From Mycobacterium sp. (GTDB lineage Bacteria > Actinomycetota > Actinomycetes > Mycobacteriales > Mycobacteriaceae), in the NCBI RefSeq assembly GCF_025933915.1, contig NZ_JAICZA010000003.1, positions 4,504-68,503 of the forward strand: a stretch of DNA of 64,000 bases, in the 5' to 3' direction. Below are positions 32,195 through 42,835 of the stretch, in pieces (positions within the stretch are counted from its first letter, which is position 1; each line of letters begins with the position of its first letter). Under the pieces are notes generated by a model, which worked only from the letters and a program-made list of their open reading frames with translations, made no database searches and was not told the origin of the DNA. A program made the translations under genes and the position numbers.

Positions 32195-33223
32195 ATGGCT
32201 TCACCGGTGACCACCACGGAAATGCGCGCCTGGCGCGTGCGTCGACCCGGGCCGATGGACACCGGCCCGCTCGAGCAGGTCACCACGGAGGTGCCGCGGC
32301 CCGGGCCGTCCGAACTGCTGGTGGCCGTGCGCGCGTGCGGGGTTTGCCGCACCGACCTGCACGTCACCGAAGGCGACCTTCCCGTCCACCGCGACCGGGT
32401 CACACCCGGGCACGAGGTGGTTGGCGAGGTCATCGAAATAGGTTCCGAGGCCGGTGACGAGTTTCGGGTGGGGGACCGGGTCGGCATCGCCTGGCTGCGA
32501 CACACCTGCGGCGCGTGCAAATACTGCCGTCAAGGCAACGAGAACCTGTGCCCGGAGTCGCGCTACACGGGCTGGGACACCGACGGCGGATACGCCGAAT
32601 TTGCCACCGTCCCAGCCGCTTTCGCGCACCCCCTGCCCAGTGGTTACAGCGACAGCGAACTCGCCCCGTTATTGTGTGCGGGCATCATCGGTTACCGCTC
32701 GCTACTTCGCGCCGAACTGCCGCCTGGTGGACGGCTGGGTCTCTACGGTTTCGGCGGCAGCGCGCACATCACCGCGCAGGTCGCCCTGGCGCAAGGGGCC
32801 GAGGTACACGTGATGACCCGCGGATCTCGGGCCCGCGAGCTGGCATTGGAACTTGGCGCCGCATCCGCACAAGGCGCGGCGGAACCGCCGCCCGTGCCCC
32901 TGGACGCCGCGATCCTGTTTGCTCCGGTCGGCGATCTGGTCCTGCCCGCGCTGGAGGCGCTGGATCGCGGTGGCACCCTGGCGATCGCCGGGATCCACCT
33001 GTCGGACATCCCGACGCTGAACTACCAGCGCCACCTGTTTCAGGAACGCCAGGTCCGATCGGTCACCTCCAACACCAGGGCCGACGCGCGGGCCTTCCTC
33101 GACTTCGCGGGTGAGCATCACATCCAGGTAACCACGCCGGAATATCCTCTCGGACAAGCAGATCGGGCGTTGGCAGATCTGAGCGCCGGTCGCATCGCGG
33201 GCGCGGCTGTGCTGCTGGTGTGA
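32195..33223 (+). CDS. adhA: Zinc-binding alcohol dehydrogenase (Rv1862-like)
   Basis: [22 protein letters not shown]...[10 protein letters not shown]. Confidence 0.88.
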   Translation: MASPVTTTEMRAWRVRRPGPMDTGPLEQVTTEVPRPGPSELLVAVRACGVCRTDLHVTEGDLPVHRDRVTPGHEVVGEVIEIGSEAGDEFRVGDRVGIAWLRHTCGACKYCRQGNENLCPESRYTGWDTDGGYAEFATVPAAFAHPLPSGYSDSELAPLLCAGIIGYRSLLRAELPPGGRLGLYGFGGSAHITAQVALAQGAEVHVMTRGSRARELALELGAASAQGAAEPPPVPLDAAILFAPVGDLVLPALEALDRGGTLAIAGIHLSDIPTLNYQRHLFQERQVRSVTSNTRADARAFLDFAGEHHIQVTTPEYPLGQADRALADLSAGRIAGAAVLLV

Positions 33224-33229
33224 TTGCCG

Positions 33230-33991
33230 TCAGGTGGACAGATGCCACACGAACGCGGCCGCGAGCGCACCGAGCCCATTCAGTGACCAGTGCAGTGCGA
33301 TCGGCGCGATCAGGCTGCCGCTGCGCCGGCGCAGCCAGCTGAAGACGAAGCCCGCTGCTCCCGTCACCAACACGGCACCGGTCACCCCCGTCAGCATTCC
33401 CACGATTCCGCCGCCGAACAGCCTGGTGAAACCCACATTGCTGCTGGTCAATCCGAACGACGTGGCGACGTGCCACAGACCGAACAGCAGCGAGCCCGCG
33501 AGCGCCACCCCGCGGAAGCCCCAGGCCCGGTTGAGCGCACCATGCAGGACCCCCCGAAAAGCCAGCTCCTCGGGGATGACGGTCTGCAGCGGGATGATGA
33601 CCATCGAGGCGACCATCGCCCCCGAGATGGTGGCGTAGCGATTGTTCATGAACATCGGCCTGGTCGCCGGTAGCAGCACACCGACCGCGATCACCGCCGC
33701 CACGACGGCCACGGCCACCAGCGCATAGCCCAGTCCGGGCTTCCAGTGCTCGCGGCCCAGGCCGAGGTCCGCCCAGCCCAAACCGCGGCACCGCATCAAG
33801 ATGACCAGCCCCACGGCGGCCGCCGGGACGGTGGCGATGCTGGCCCACGGGGTGGTGAAGTGCGCGACCAGGTCGGTCAGCACGAGAACCACCACGACGA
33901 CGGCGATGTCGAGATGAAGGTGGAACCGGTGCGGCGCCGAAGGCTGGGACACCGGTGGGTGAACGTCGGCTGCCCCGGTGGCCTCAAGCAT
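33230..33991 (-). CDS. CPBP/Abi-family intramembrane metalloprotease (Rv1863c-like)
   Basis: EELAFRGVL, FGLWH and HWSLN motifs; start codon uncertain. Confidence 0.88.
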   Translation of the reverse strand: MLEATGAADVHPPVSQPSAPHRFHLHLDIAVVVVVLVLTDLVAHFTTPWASIATVPAAAVGLVILMRCRGLGWADLGLGREHWKPGLGYALVAVAVVAAVIAVGVLLPATRPMFMNNRYATISGAMVASMVIIPLQTVIPEELAFRGVLHGALNRAWGFRGVALAGSLLFGLWHVATSFGLTSSNVGFTRLFGGGIVGMLTGVTGAVLVTGAAGFVFSWLRRRSGSLIAPIALHWSLNGLGALAAAFVWHLST

Positions 33992-34063
33992 CCCACCAGT
34001 CTACCGGTGACGCCGCGCGCCGACAGGACAACGAGATCGCCGTGACGGCAACCTCGACATCGA

Positions 34064-34203
34064 CTCGCTCGCCTCCCGGGGTCGGATGGGTCGACTCGCT
34101 CGCATCACTCACTACGCTCGTTCTGCTCGCTCGCCTCCCAGGGTCGGATGGGTCGACTCGCTCGCATCACTCACTACGCTCGTTCTGCTCGCTCGCCTCC
34201 CCA
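34064..34203. repeat. 62-bp tandem repeat, ~2.2 copies
   Basis: gggtcggatgggtcgactcgctcgcatcactcactacgctcgttctgctcgctcgcctccc at 34079 and 34141, plus a partial copy from 34064; no spacers. Confidence 0.95.
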
Positions 34204-36573
34204 GGTCCACCCTGAGATCGCCGGGTCGTCCTCGCCGTGCTCGCGGGTGTACATCCGCGCGGCGAGACGGGCGTCGACCATGCGCTGCCGCAGCATGGCG
34301 GCGCGACTGGCCAATCCGTCGACTCGGTCGATGACGTCGATGACCAGGTGGAAGCGGTCGAGATCGTTGAGCATCACCATGTCGAAGGGCGTCGTGGTGG
34401 TGCCGCGTTCCTTGAAGCCCCGCACGTGCATATGCGCGTGATTGGTGCGGCGGTAGGTGAGTCGATGGATCAGCCACGGATAGCCGTGGTAGGCGAAGAT
34501 GACCGGCCGGTCGGGGGTGAACAGCGCGTCGAACTCGCGGTCCGGCAGGCCGTGCGGGTGCTCCGAATCCGGCTGCAATCGCATCAGGTCGACGATGTTG
34601 ACCACCCGCACGGCCAGCTCCGGCAGCTCGGACCGCAGGATGTCGGCGGCGGCCAGCGTCTCCAGCGTTGGGATGTCCCCGGCGCACGCCAGCACCACGT
34701 CGGGTTCGTGGGTCGCCGTGCTCGCCCATTCCCAGATGCCCAGGCCGCGGGTGCAGTGCGCGATGGCTTGGTCCATGTCGAGATACGCCAGCGCGGGCTG
34801 CTTGCCGGCGACGATGACGTTGATGTAGTCGCGGCTGCGCAGGCAGTGATCGGCCACCGACAGCAGCGTGTTGCCGTCCGGCGGCAGGTACACCCGGGTC
34901 AACTCGGGTCGCTTGTTGGCGACGAGATCGATGAAGCCCGGGTCCTGGTGGGACGCGCCGTTGTGGTCCTGCCGCCACACGTGCGAGCTCAGCAGGTAGT
35001 TCAGCGACGCGATCGGCCGCCGCCACGGCAGTTCGCGGCTGGTCGCAAGCCATTTCGCGTGCTGGTTCATCATCGAGTCGACGATGTGCACAAACGCTTC
35101 GTAGCAGTTGAACAGCCCGTGCCGCCCGGTCAGCAGGTAACCTTCCAGCCAGCCTTGGCACAGGTGCTCGGACAGCACCTCCATCACGCGGCCGTCGGGT
35201 GCCAGGTGCTCGTCGTCGGGCTCGATCTCGGACAGCCATACCTTGTCGGTCGATCCGTAGACGGCGTCGAGCCGGTTGGAGGCGGTTTCGTCGGGACCCA
35301 TGAGCCGGAATCGGTCCCGGTTGCGGGCGATCACGTCGCGCAGGAAGGTGCCGAGCACCCGGGTGGCCTCGTGGGTGACGGCCGCCGGTCGCTCGACCGC
35401 CACGGCGTAGTCGCGGAAGTCCGGCAGGTCCAGGTCGTGCAGCAACAGCCCGCCGTTGGCGTGCGGGTTGGCGCTCATCCGCCGATCACCGGTGGGCGCC
35501 AGCGCCCGCAGCTCGGGCCGCAGCCTGCCGTCATCGTCGAAAAGCTGCTCGGGCCGATAGCTGCGCAGCCACTCTTCGAGCTGGGCGCGGTGGCCGGGAT
35601 TGTCGTGCGTCTCCGATAGAGGGACCTGATGCGAGCGCCAGGTGCCCTCAACCTTCTTGCCGTCCACCATCTTTGGCCCGGTCCAGCCCTTGGGCGTGCG
35701 CAGCACGATCATCGGCCACACCGGCCGCTCCACCTGATGGCCGCCGCGGGCCGCGCTCTGGATGGCCGCGATCTCGTCGAAGGCGTCGTCGAGGGCGGCG
35801 GCCAGTTGCTGGTGCACGACGGCCGGATCGTCCCCGGCGACCGTGATCGGCCGGTAACCGTAGCCGCGCAGCAGCGATTCGAGTTCGGCCTGCGGGATGC
35901 GGGCCAGCACCGTCGGGTTGGCGATCTTGTAGCCGTTGAGCGCGAGGATGGGCAGCACGGCGCCGTCGGTGACCGGGTTGAGGAACTTGTTGGAGTGCCA
36001 GCTGGCGGCCAGGGGCCCCGTTTCGGCCTCGCCGTCACCGACGACGCAGGCCACCACCAGATAGGGGTTGTCCAGGGCGGCGCCGTAGGCGTGCACCAGC
36101 GCGTAGCCGAGCTCACCGCCCTCGTGAATGGATCCGGGTGTCTGGGCTGCGACGTGGCTGGGGATGCCGCCGGGGAACGAGAACTGCCGGAATAGCTTGC
36201 GCAGGCCTTCGGTGTCCTCCTCGATGCCGGTGTACACCTCGCTGTAGGTGCCTTCGAGGTACGCGTTGGCGACCAGCCCGGGGCCGCCATGACCCGGCCC
36301 GGTCACGTAGATGACGTGGGCGTCGCGGTTGCGGATGATCCGGTTCAGGTGCGCGTAGACAAGGTTGAGCCCGGGGGTGGTGCCCCAGTGCCCCAGCAAC
36401 CGCGGTTTGACGTGGTCGGTGGTCAGCGGCTCGGCGAGCAGGGGGTTGTCCAGCAAATAGATCTGCCCGACCGACAAATAGTTGGCGGCGCGCCAATACT
36501 TGTCGATCAGGACCAATTCGTCGTCGGAGAGCGGAGATCCGGAGGGCGCGGTGGTTCGGGTTTCTAGGCTCAC
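34174..36573 (-). CDS. xfp: Phosphoketolase (XFP family)
   Basis: [59 protein letters not shown]; 799 aa from GTG 36573. Confidence 0.97.
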   Translation of the reverse strand: MSLETRTTAPSGSPLSDDELVLIDKYWRAANYLSVGQIYLLDNPLLAEPLTTDHVKPRLLGHWGTTPGLNLVYAHLNRIIRNRDAHVIYVTGPGHGGPGLVANAYLEGTYSEVYTGIEEDTEGLRKLFRQFSFPGGIPSHVAAQTPGSIHEGGELGYALVHAYGAALDNPYLVVACVVGDGEAETGPLAASWHSNKFLNPVTDGAVLPILALNGYKIANPTVLARIPQAELESLLRGYGYRPITVAGDDPAVVHQQLAAALDDAFDEIAAIQSAARGGHQVERPVWPMIVLRTPKGWTGPKMVDGKKVEGTWRSHQVPLSETHDNPGHRAQLEEWLRSYRPEQLFDDDGRLRPELRALAPTGDRRMSANPHANGGLLLHDLDLPDFRDYAVAVERPAAVTHEATRVLGTFLRDVIARNRDRFRLMGPDETASNRLDAVYGSTDKVWLSEIEPDDEHLAPDGRVMEVLSEHLCQGWLEGYLLTGRHGLFNCYEAFVHIVDSMMNQHAKWLATSRELPWRRPIASLNYLLSSHVWRQDHNGASHQDPGFIDLVANKRPELTRVYLPPDGNTLLSVADHCLRSRDYINVIVAGKQPALAYLDMDQAIAHCTRGLGIWEWASTATHEPDVVLACAGDIPTLETLAAADILRSELPELAVRVVNIVDLMRLQPDSEHPHGLPDREFDALFTPDRPVIFAYHGYPWLIHRLTYRRTNHAHMHVRGFKERGTTTTPFDMVMLNDLDRFHLVIDVIDRVDGLASRAAMLRQRMVDARLAARMYTREHGEDDPAISGWTWGGERAERA

Positions 36574-36617
36574 CTCGCCGATTGTGCGCGCCTCGGATGA
36601 ACAATGCTCGTGCGCGG

Positions 36618-37466
36618 CTACTCTTCGCCGCGGGCGCGGGCTTCGTATGCGTGGCGCTTTTCGGCGTCGACGTCGTCGGTGAAGACGTGGTCGCCGCCCA
36701 GCATCCGGTTGAGCCCCTCGGCGATCCGGCGTGGCCAGAACTTCTGGGACACCACCATCGCGCCGGCCGCCTTGGTGATCCGCACCCGGGGCTTCGGGTG
36801 GGCCACCAGCTTGACGATCGCGTCGGCGATCTCGGCGGGTTCCGCGTTGCGGAAGCCCTTCATCCCGGGCGTCCCGGCGACCAGTTCGGTGTTGACGAAC
36901 GTGGGCAACACCATGGAGAAGTTCACCCCGGCCGAGCGGTACTCCAGGCGGGCCGAGTCGGTGAACGCGATCACCGCGTGCTTGCTGGCGCAATAGGTGG
37001 CCAAACCGACGATGTAGAGCTCACCGGCCAGCGACGCGACGTTGATGACATGCCCCTTGCCGCGGGGCACCATGCGTTGGGCAGCCAGCTTGCTGCCCAG
37101 CATCACGCCGTAGACGTTGATGTCGAGAATCCGCCGGGTGACCGCGTCCGGCTCGTCGACGATGCGGCCGACCGGCATGATGCCGGCGTTGTTGATCAGC
37201 ACGTCGATCGGGCCGAGCTGGCGTTCGACCTCGTCCAGGAAGTCCGAGAAGGAGTGCTGGTCGGTGACGTCGAGTTTCCCGTAGACGTCGAGGCCCAGGT
37301 CGGCGCCGGACTCCTTCACCCGCACCTCGTCGACGTCCCCGATCGCGACCTTGGCGCCCAGCTTGTGCAGCGCGGTCGCGGTGGCCAGCCCGATTCCCCG
37401 GGCGCCGCCGGTGATGACGATGACCTTTCCGCGGACCTTGAGGCCGATGGAAGCCGTGTCTGCCAT
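36618..37466 (-). CDS. Short-chain dehydrogenase/reductase (Rv1865c-like)
   Basis: [27 protein letters not shown]. Confidence 0.94.
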   Translation of the reverse strand: MADTASIGLKVRGKVIVITGGARGIGLATATALHKLGAKVAIGDVDEVRVKESGADLGLDVYGKLDVTDQHSFSDFLDEVERQLGPIDVLINNAGIMPVGRIVDEPDAVTRRILDINVYGVMLGSKLAAQRMVPRGKGHVINVASLAGELYIVGLATYCASKHAVIAFTDSARLEYRSAGVNFSMVLPTFVNTELVAGTPGMKGFRNAEPAEIADAIVKLVAHPKPRVRITKAAGAMVVSQKFWPRRIAEGLNRMLGGDHVFTDDVDAEKRHAYEARARGEE

Positions 37467-37606
37467 TTTCGGTCCCTCTCGATTCTTGACGGGTGTCAAC
37501 TAGACAACCCGGTAAGCACAGCACTCGAAGCCGCACTGCGCAACAACCCCGGTGGCCACCGCTCCCGCGGAACGCCCCGCCGGGCCCAGGCCCGGCGTGA
37601 CACCGT

Positions 37607-38530
37607 TCAGCGCACGGCCAGCCACACCAGGCTGGCGCCACCGGCCAGGGCGCAGTAGATCGCGAACGGGGTCAGCGTCCGGGTCTGGAAGTACCGGGTG
37701 AGGAAACGCACGGCGAGGTAGGCGCAGACGAACGAGGCGACGCTGCCGGCCAGCACCTGGCCACCGATGCCGGCGCCCAGCGGCCCGAAGAGTTCGGGGA
37801 TCTTGTAGACCCCGGCAGCCAGGATGATCGGTGTCGCGAGCAAGAAGGAGAAGCGGGCGGCGTCCTCGTGCGACAGGCCGCGCCACAGGCCGGCCACGAT
37901 GGTGATCCCCGACCGGCTGATCCCGGGAAACAGGGCAAGGATCTGCGCGGCGCCGATGACCACGCCGCGCGGCAGTGGGAGTTGGGCGAGCCGAAGATCC
38001 GAGGCCTCGTCACCGTGTTCGAGTTCCTCGTCGCTCGTCGCGGGCTGACCCGGCCCGGCCGCGGGCGCGATGCGGCGACGGAGCCTCTCGCCCACGTACA
38101 GGGCGATGCCGTTGAGCAACAGGAACGTCGCCGCCGGGACGGGTTTGCCGAGTGTGGTGCGAAACAGCTGCTCGAGCGCCAGGCCGGCCAGGCCGACCGG
38201 GATGGTGCCTGCCACGATCAGCCAGGCCAGCCGCTCGCCGGGCGTCTGGATTCGGCGATACCGCAGCGAGGAGAAGAACCCGGCCAGGATGCGTATCCAG
38301 TCCCGCCAGAAGAAGAGCAGCAGGGCGGCGGCGGTGGCCACATGAAGGCCGACGATGAACGCCAGATAGGGCGAGTGAGGGGCCGAGACACTGAGATCCT
38401 GAGCCCATCGCCCGCCGGCGAGCGCCGGCACCAACACCGCGTGTCCCAAGCTCGAGACCGGGAACAGTTCGGTGACGCCTTGGAGCGCGCCGACCACCAC
38501 GGCCTCGACGTAGCTCAGGTGCGCGGTCAT
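37607..38530 (-). CDS. uppP: Undecaprenyl-diphosphate phosphatase (BacA family)
   Basis: QGVTELFPVSSLGH, ALFPGISRSG, ARFSFLL; 307 aa. Confidence 0.94.
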   Translation of the reverse strand: MTAHLSYVEAVVVGALQGVTELFPVSSLGHAVLVPALAGGRWAQDLSVSAPHSPYLAFIVGLHVATAAALLLFFWRDWIRILAGFFSSLRYRRIQTPGERLAWLIVAGTIPVGLAGLALEQLFRTTLGKPVPAATFLLLNGIALYVGERLRRRIAPAAGPGQPATSDEELEHGDEASDLRLAQLPLPRGVVIGAAQILALFPGISRSGITIVAGLWRGLSHEDAARFSFLLATPIILAAGVYKIPELFGPLGAGIGGQVLAGSVASFVCAYLAVRFLTRYFQTRTLTPFAIYCALAGGASLVWLAVR

Positions 38531-38735
38531 AGTGGATGCCTCCATGGGACGACAGGTCGTGGTCGGCCTGTGACGATAGCCCACGCGGCGCCGGCGCGGG
38601 TGCCCGACTGAGCGTTCGGTCCGAGCCGAGCGGGAAGGCGCCGAATCCGCTTGCCCACCTGGCATTTTGGCCGCCGCCCGCCCGGTCTTTGGGGTGAACG
38701 CCCGCCATGCAGCGGCCTGACCAGGCAGGTACGGT

Positions 38736-41144
38736 GTGCAGATGGTTGACGGGTTGCTCGATGCCGTGCGCGTCCTCGACTTGTCGAGCGGCGTCGCCGA
38801 CGCGGTGACCCGGCTGTTCGCCGACCTGGGTGCCGACGTCCTGAAGGTGGAACCGCCGGGCGGCTGCCTCGGGCGCGATGCGCTGCCGACGCTGCGCGGC
38901 GCCAGCATCCCGTTCGCCGTGCACAACGCCAACAAGCGCAGCGCGATACTCGATCCGTTCGACGACGAGGACTGCGCCCGCTTCCTCGACCTGGCCGCGG
39001 AGGCCGACATCGTCGTGGATACCGGCGCCGACGAGCGCGGCGCCATGTTCGGGACTTCCGGCGAGGAGCTGGCCGCCCGCTACCCGCACCTGGTGGTGCT
39101 CTCGATCACCGACTTCGGCGCGACGGGCCCGCGGTCCTCGTGGCGCGCCACGGATCCGGTGCTCTACGCGATGTGTGGCGCGCTGTCGCGGTCCGGCCCC
39201 GCCACCGGCACCCCGGTATTACCGCCGGACGGCATCGCTTCGGCCACCGCGGCCGTCCAGGCGGCGTGGGCCGCACTCGCCGCATATTACAATCGATTAC
39301 GTTGCGGCACAGGCGACTACATCGACTTCTCCTGGTTTGATGCCGTCATCATGGCCCTCGACCCGGCCTTCGGTGCGCACGGGCAGGCCGCCGCGGGCAT
39401 CCGGCGCACCGGGCGGTGGCGGGGTCGCCCGAAGAACCAGGATGCCTACCCGATCTATCCGTGCCGGGACGGCTACGTCCGGCTGTGCGTGATGGCGCCC
39501 CGACAGTGGCGCGGTTTGCGGCGCTGGCTGGGGGAGCCGGAGGACTTTCAAGACCCGAAATACGATGTGATCGGCGCGCGGTTTGCGGTATGGCCGCAGA
39601 TCAGCGAGCGTCTGCAGACGCTCTTCGCAGGGCAGACCATGAAGGATCTGGTGGCCGCCGGTCAGGCGCACGGGGTGCCCATCGCCGCGGTGCTGACGCC
39701 GTCGCGGATCCTGGGGTCCGAACATTTCCAGGCGGTGGGCGCGATCACCGAGGCCGAGCTCGCGCCCGGCGTGCGCACCAGCGTGCCGACCGGATATTTC
39801 GTGGTCGACGGCCGGCGCGCCGGTTTTCGCGCACCGGTGCCCGCGGCGGGGCACGACGAAGCGTGCTGGCGGGGCAATCCCTCGGTGGTGCCGTCGGCCT
39901 CGGGTCGGCTCGGCGACTATCCCTTTGCGGGGCTGCGGATTTTGGATCTGGGCATCATCGTCGCCGGCGGCGAGCTGAGCCGGCTGTTCGCCGACCTGGG
40001 CGCCGACGTGATCAAAGTCGAAAGCGCCGAATACCCCGACGGACTGCGGCAGGCCCGCGTCGGCGAGGCCATGAGCGAGTCCTTCGCCTGGACGCACCGC
40101 AACAATCGGGGATTGGGGCTGGACCTGCGCAGCGCGGAGGGCAAGAAGATCTTCGGCCGGATGGTTGCCGAGGCCGACGCGGTTTTCGCCAACTTCAAGC
40201 CGGGAACCCTTGCCGCACTGGGGTTTTCCTACGATGAGCTACGCGCCGTCAACCCGCGGATCGTGCTCGCCGAAAGCAGCGCTTTCGGGGACGCGGGGCC
40301 GTGGAGCGCGCGGTTGGGCTACGGCCCGCTGGTGCGCGCCACGACCGGCGTCACCCGGCTCTGGACCTCCGACCACCCGGACGACGAGGTCGACGGGGCC
40401 AGGCACGCGTTTTACGACGCGACGACGGTGTTCCCCGACCACGTGGTGGGCCGGGTCACCGCGATCGCGGCGCTCGCCGCGCTGATCCACCGCAACCGGG
40501 CCGGCAGGGGGGCCCATGTCCACGTCTCGCAGGCCGAAGTCGTGGTCAATCAGCTCGACACGCTCTATGTCACGCAAGCCGCCCTGGCCGCGGGCATCGC
40601 CCAAGTCCGCGAGGACACCAGCCTGCACGCCGTCTACCCCTGTGCCGGTGACGACGAATGGTGCGTCATCTCGATCCGGACGGACGACGAATGGCGGCGT
40701 GCCGCATCGGTTTTCGACCATCTCGACTGGGCGGACAACCCGCGTTTCGCCACCGGCGACGCGCGATTGGCCAACCGAAGCGAGTTGGTGGGGCTGGTCT
40801 CCGCCTGGACCCGCACCCGCACCCCGCTGCGGGCCGCGGAACTGTTGCAGTCGGCCGGGGTTCCGGCCGGGCCGATGAACCGTCCGCCGGACATCCTCGA
40901 GGACCCGCAGCTGATCGCGCGCAACGTGTACCGCCCCATGGCTCATCCGCTGATCGAGAATCCGCTGCCGGCCGAGACGGGACCGGCGCCGTACCGCCAC
41001 ATTCCGTCGGCCCGGCAGGCCCCGGCGCCTCTGCCCGGGCAGAACACCGTCGAGATCTGCCGAAACATGCTGGGAATGAACACCGCCGACATCCGGCGGC
41101 TGATCGACGACCGTGTGCTCTTCGACTCTGCCGACAGCGCCTGA
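38736..41144 (+). CDS. Double-domain CaiB/BaiF family III CoA-transferase (Rv1866-like)
   Basis: Two repeats: RVLDLS...ADLGADVLKVEPP and RILDLG...ADLGADVIKVES. Confidence 0.92.
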   Translation: MQMVDGLLDAVRVLDLSSGVADAVTRLFADLGADVLKVEPPGGCLGRDALPTLRGASIPFAVHNANKRSAILDPFDDEDCARFLDLAAEADIVVDTGADERGAMFGTSGEELAARYPHLVVLSITDFGATGPRSSWRATDPVLYAMCGALSRSGPATGTPVLPPDGIASATAAVQAAWAALAAYYNRLRCGTGDYIDFSWFDAVIMALDPAFGAHGQAAAGIRRTGRWRGRPKNQDAYPIYPCRDGYVRLCVMAPRQWRGLRRWLGEPEDFQDPKYDVIGARFAVWPQISERLQTLFAGQTMKDLVAAGQAHGVPIAAVLTPSRILGSEHFQAVGAITEAELAPGVRTSVPTGYFVVDGRRAGFRAPVPAAGHDEACWRGNPSVVPSASGRLGDYPFAGLRILDLGIIVAGGELSRLFADLGADVIKVESAEYPDGLRQARVGEAMSESFAWTHRNNRGLGLDLRSAEGKKIFGRMVAEADAVFANFKPGTLAALGFSYDELRAVNPRIVLAESSAFGDAGPWSARLGYGPLVRATTGVTRLWTSDHPDDEVDGARHAFYDATTVFPDHVVGRVTAIAALAALIHRNRAGRGAHVHVSQAEVVVNQLDTLYVTQAALAAGIAQVREDTSLHAVYPCAGDDEWCVISIRTDDEWRRAASVFDHLDWADNPRFATGDARLANRSELVGLVSAWTRTRTPLRAAELLQSAGVPAGPMNRPPDILEDPQLIARNVYRPMAHPLIENPLPAETGPAPYRHIPSARQAPAPLPGQNTVEICRNMLGMNTADIRRLIDDRVLFDSADSA

Positions 41145-41160
41145 GCCACCGCCCCATCGC

Positions 41161-41220
41161 CCGAATGCGTAGCCAGCCGCACGCTCCCACCCGAATGTGC
41201 GGCAGGCCGCACATTCGGGA
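41161..41220. repeat. Pair of 30-bp REP-like units; the second is a perfect hairpin
   Basis: CCCGAATGTGCGGC-AG-GCCGCACATTCGGG at 41191-41220, with a degenerate copy at 41161. Confidence 0.75.
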
Positions 41221-41237
41221 TCCGATACGTTCGTCGT

Positions 41238-42722
41238 ATGACCGTTGACCCCAGGACCCCGGTTTTGATCGGCTATGGCCAGGTCAACCATCGCGACGAC
41301 ATCGATCCGGCGAAGCGGTCCGTCGAGCCCGTCGACCTGATGGCGGCCGCGGTCGAGCGGGCCGCCGCCGCGGCGGTGATCGAGGCGGTCGACTCGATCC
41401 GCGTGGTCAACATCCTGTCGGCCCAGTATCGGGATCCCGGCCTGTTGCTCGGCCAGCGAATCGGCGCCTCCGACTTCACCACGCTCTACAGCCCGGTCGG
41501 CGGCAATGTGCCGCAATCGCTGCTCAACCAGGCATGCCTGGACATCCAGCGCGGACACGCGGGCGTCGTGCTGCTGGCCGGCGCCGAAACCTGGCGCACC
41601 CGAAGGGGCCTGCGGGCCAAGGGCGCCAAGCTGGTGTGGACGGAGCAGGATCGCTGCGTCCCGATGGCCGAGGTCAGCGGCGCCGACGTCCCGATGGCCG
41701 GTGACGCCGAGATCAGGATCCAGCTCGACCGGCCCGCCTACGTCTACCCGCTGTTCGAGCAGGCGCTGCGGGTGGCGAACGACGAGTCGATCGACGATCA
41801 CCTCGAGCGCGTCGGCGAGCTGTGGGCACGGTTCAACGCCGTGGCGGTGCACAACCCGCACGCATGGATCCGCAAGCGGTCGACCGCCGACGACATCCGC
41901 CACGCCGGCCCGCAGAACCGGATGATCAGCTGGCCCTACACCAAGCTGATGAACTCCAACAACATGGTCGACCAGGGCGCGGCGCTCGTCCTGACCTCGG
42001 TCGAGCAGGCGAGAAGGTTGAAGATCCCGGCGCAGCGGTGGGTGTACCCGCATGCGGGCACCGACGCGCACGACACACCGTCCATCGCCGAGCGGCACGA
42101 ACTGCACCGGTCCGCGGCGATCCGGATCGCCGGTGCGCGCGTGCTCGAGCTGGCCGGCCTGGGCATCGACGACGTCGATTACGTGGACCTGTACTCGTGC
42201 TTTCCCTCCGCGGTCCAAGTGGCGGCGGCCGAACTCGGATTGAGGGTCGACGACCCCGCCCGGCCGCTGACCGTGACCGGCGGGCTGACGTTCGCGGGCG
42301 GCCCGTGGAGCAACTACGTGATGCATTCGATTGCCACCATGGCGGAGTTGCTGGCGGCCAATCCGGGCCGGTACGGTCTGGTCACCGCCAACGGGGGCTA
42401 CCTGACCAAGCACAGCTTTGGCGTGTACAGCACCGAGCCGCCGGCCGAATTTCGTTGGGAGGACACGCAACCGGCCGTCGATCGGGAGCCTACGACCGAG
42501 GCGGTGGTCGGGTGGGAAGGCGTTGGCACCGTCGAAGCCTGGACGACACCGTACGACCGCGAGGGACAGCCGGAGAAGGCCTTTCTGGCCGTGCGCACAC
42601 CCGATGGGTCGCGCGCCCTGGCGGTGGTCACCGACGCCGCCGCGGCGCGGGAATCGGTGCGGGAAGATATCGGTGGCGCCAAGGTTGCCGTCGCCGCGGA
42701 CGGCCGCGCGACGCTGCAGTAG
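41238..42722 (+). CDS. Thiolase-like acetyl-CoA acetyltransferase (Rv1867-like)
   Basis: PVLIGYGQ, GGNVPQ, DLYSCFPSAV, TVTGGLTFAGGP, ANGGYLTKH. Confidence 0.9.
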   Translation: MTVDPRTPVLIGYGQVNHRDDIDPAKRSVEPVDLMAAAVERAAAAAVIEAVDSIRVVNILSAQYRDPGLLLGQRIGASDFTTLYSPVGGNVPQSLLNQACLDIQRGHAGVVLLAGAETWRTRRGLRAKGAKLVWTEQDRCVPMAEVSGADVPMAGDAEIRIQLDRPAYVYPLFEQALRVANDESIDDHLERVGELWARFNAVAVHNPHAWIRKRSTADDIRHAGPQNRMISWPYTKLMNSNNMVDQGAALVLTSVEQARRLKIPAQRWVYPHAGTDAHDTPSIAERHELHRSAAIRIAGARVLELAGLGIDDVDYVDLYSCFPSAVQVAAAELGLRVDDPARPLTVTGGLTFAGGPWSNYVMHSIATMAELLAANPGRYGLVTANGGYLTKHSFGVYSTEPPAEFRWEDTQPAVDREPTTEAVVGWEGVGTVEAWTTPYDREGQPEKAFLAVRTPDGSRALAVVTDAAAARESVREDIGGAKVAVAADGRATLQ

Positions 42723-42835
42723 TCCGGTCCCCGGACACGACGCCCGGCCGGTGCGCCGATCGTGAGGTAACGGTCGCGTAGCCCAGGTCAACGTGCCTAT
42801 TGTTGAGTCCTGAGGGTTGGGGGAGGTGAGGCCAG

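Noticed and set aside
34064-34203. Possible CRISPR array (also considered for 3533-3643 and 51562-51621)
   Set aside because: The units are contiguous with no unique spacers, there are only about two copies, and no cas genes are present.
42803-42815. 12-mer GAGTCCTGAGGG shared between the sRNA and the region upstream of the Rv1868-like gene
   Set aside because: Same orientation, so not a pairing target; a post hoc short match with no further similarity.
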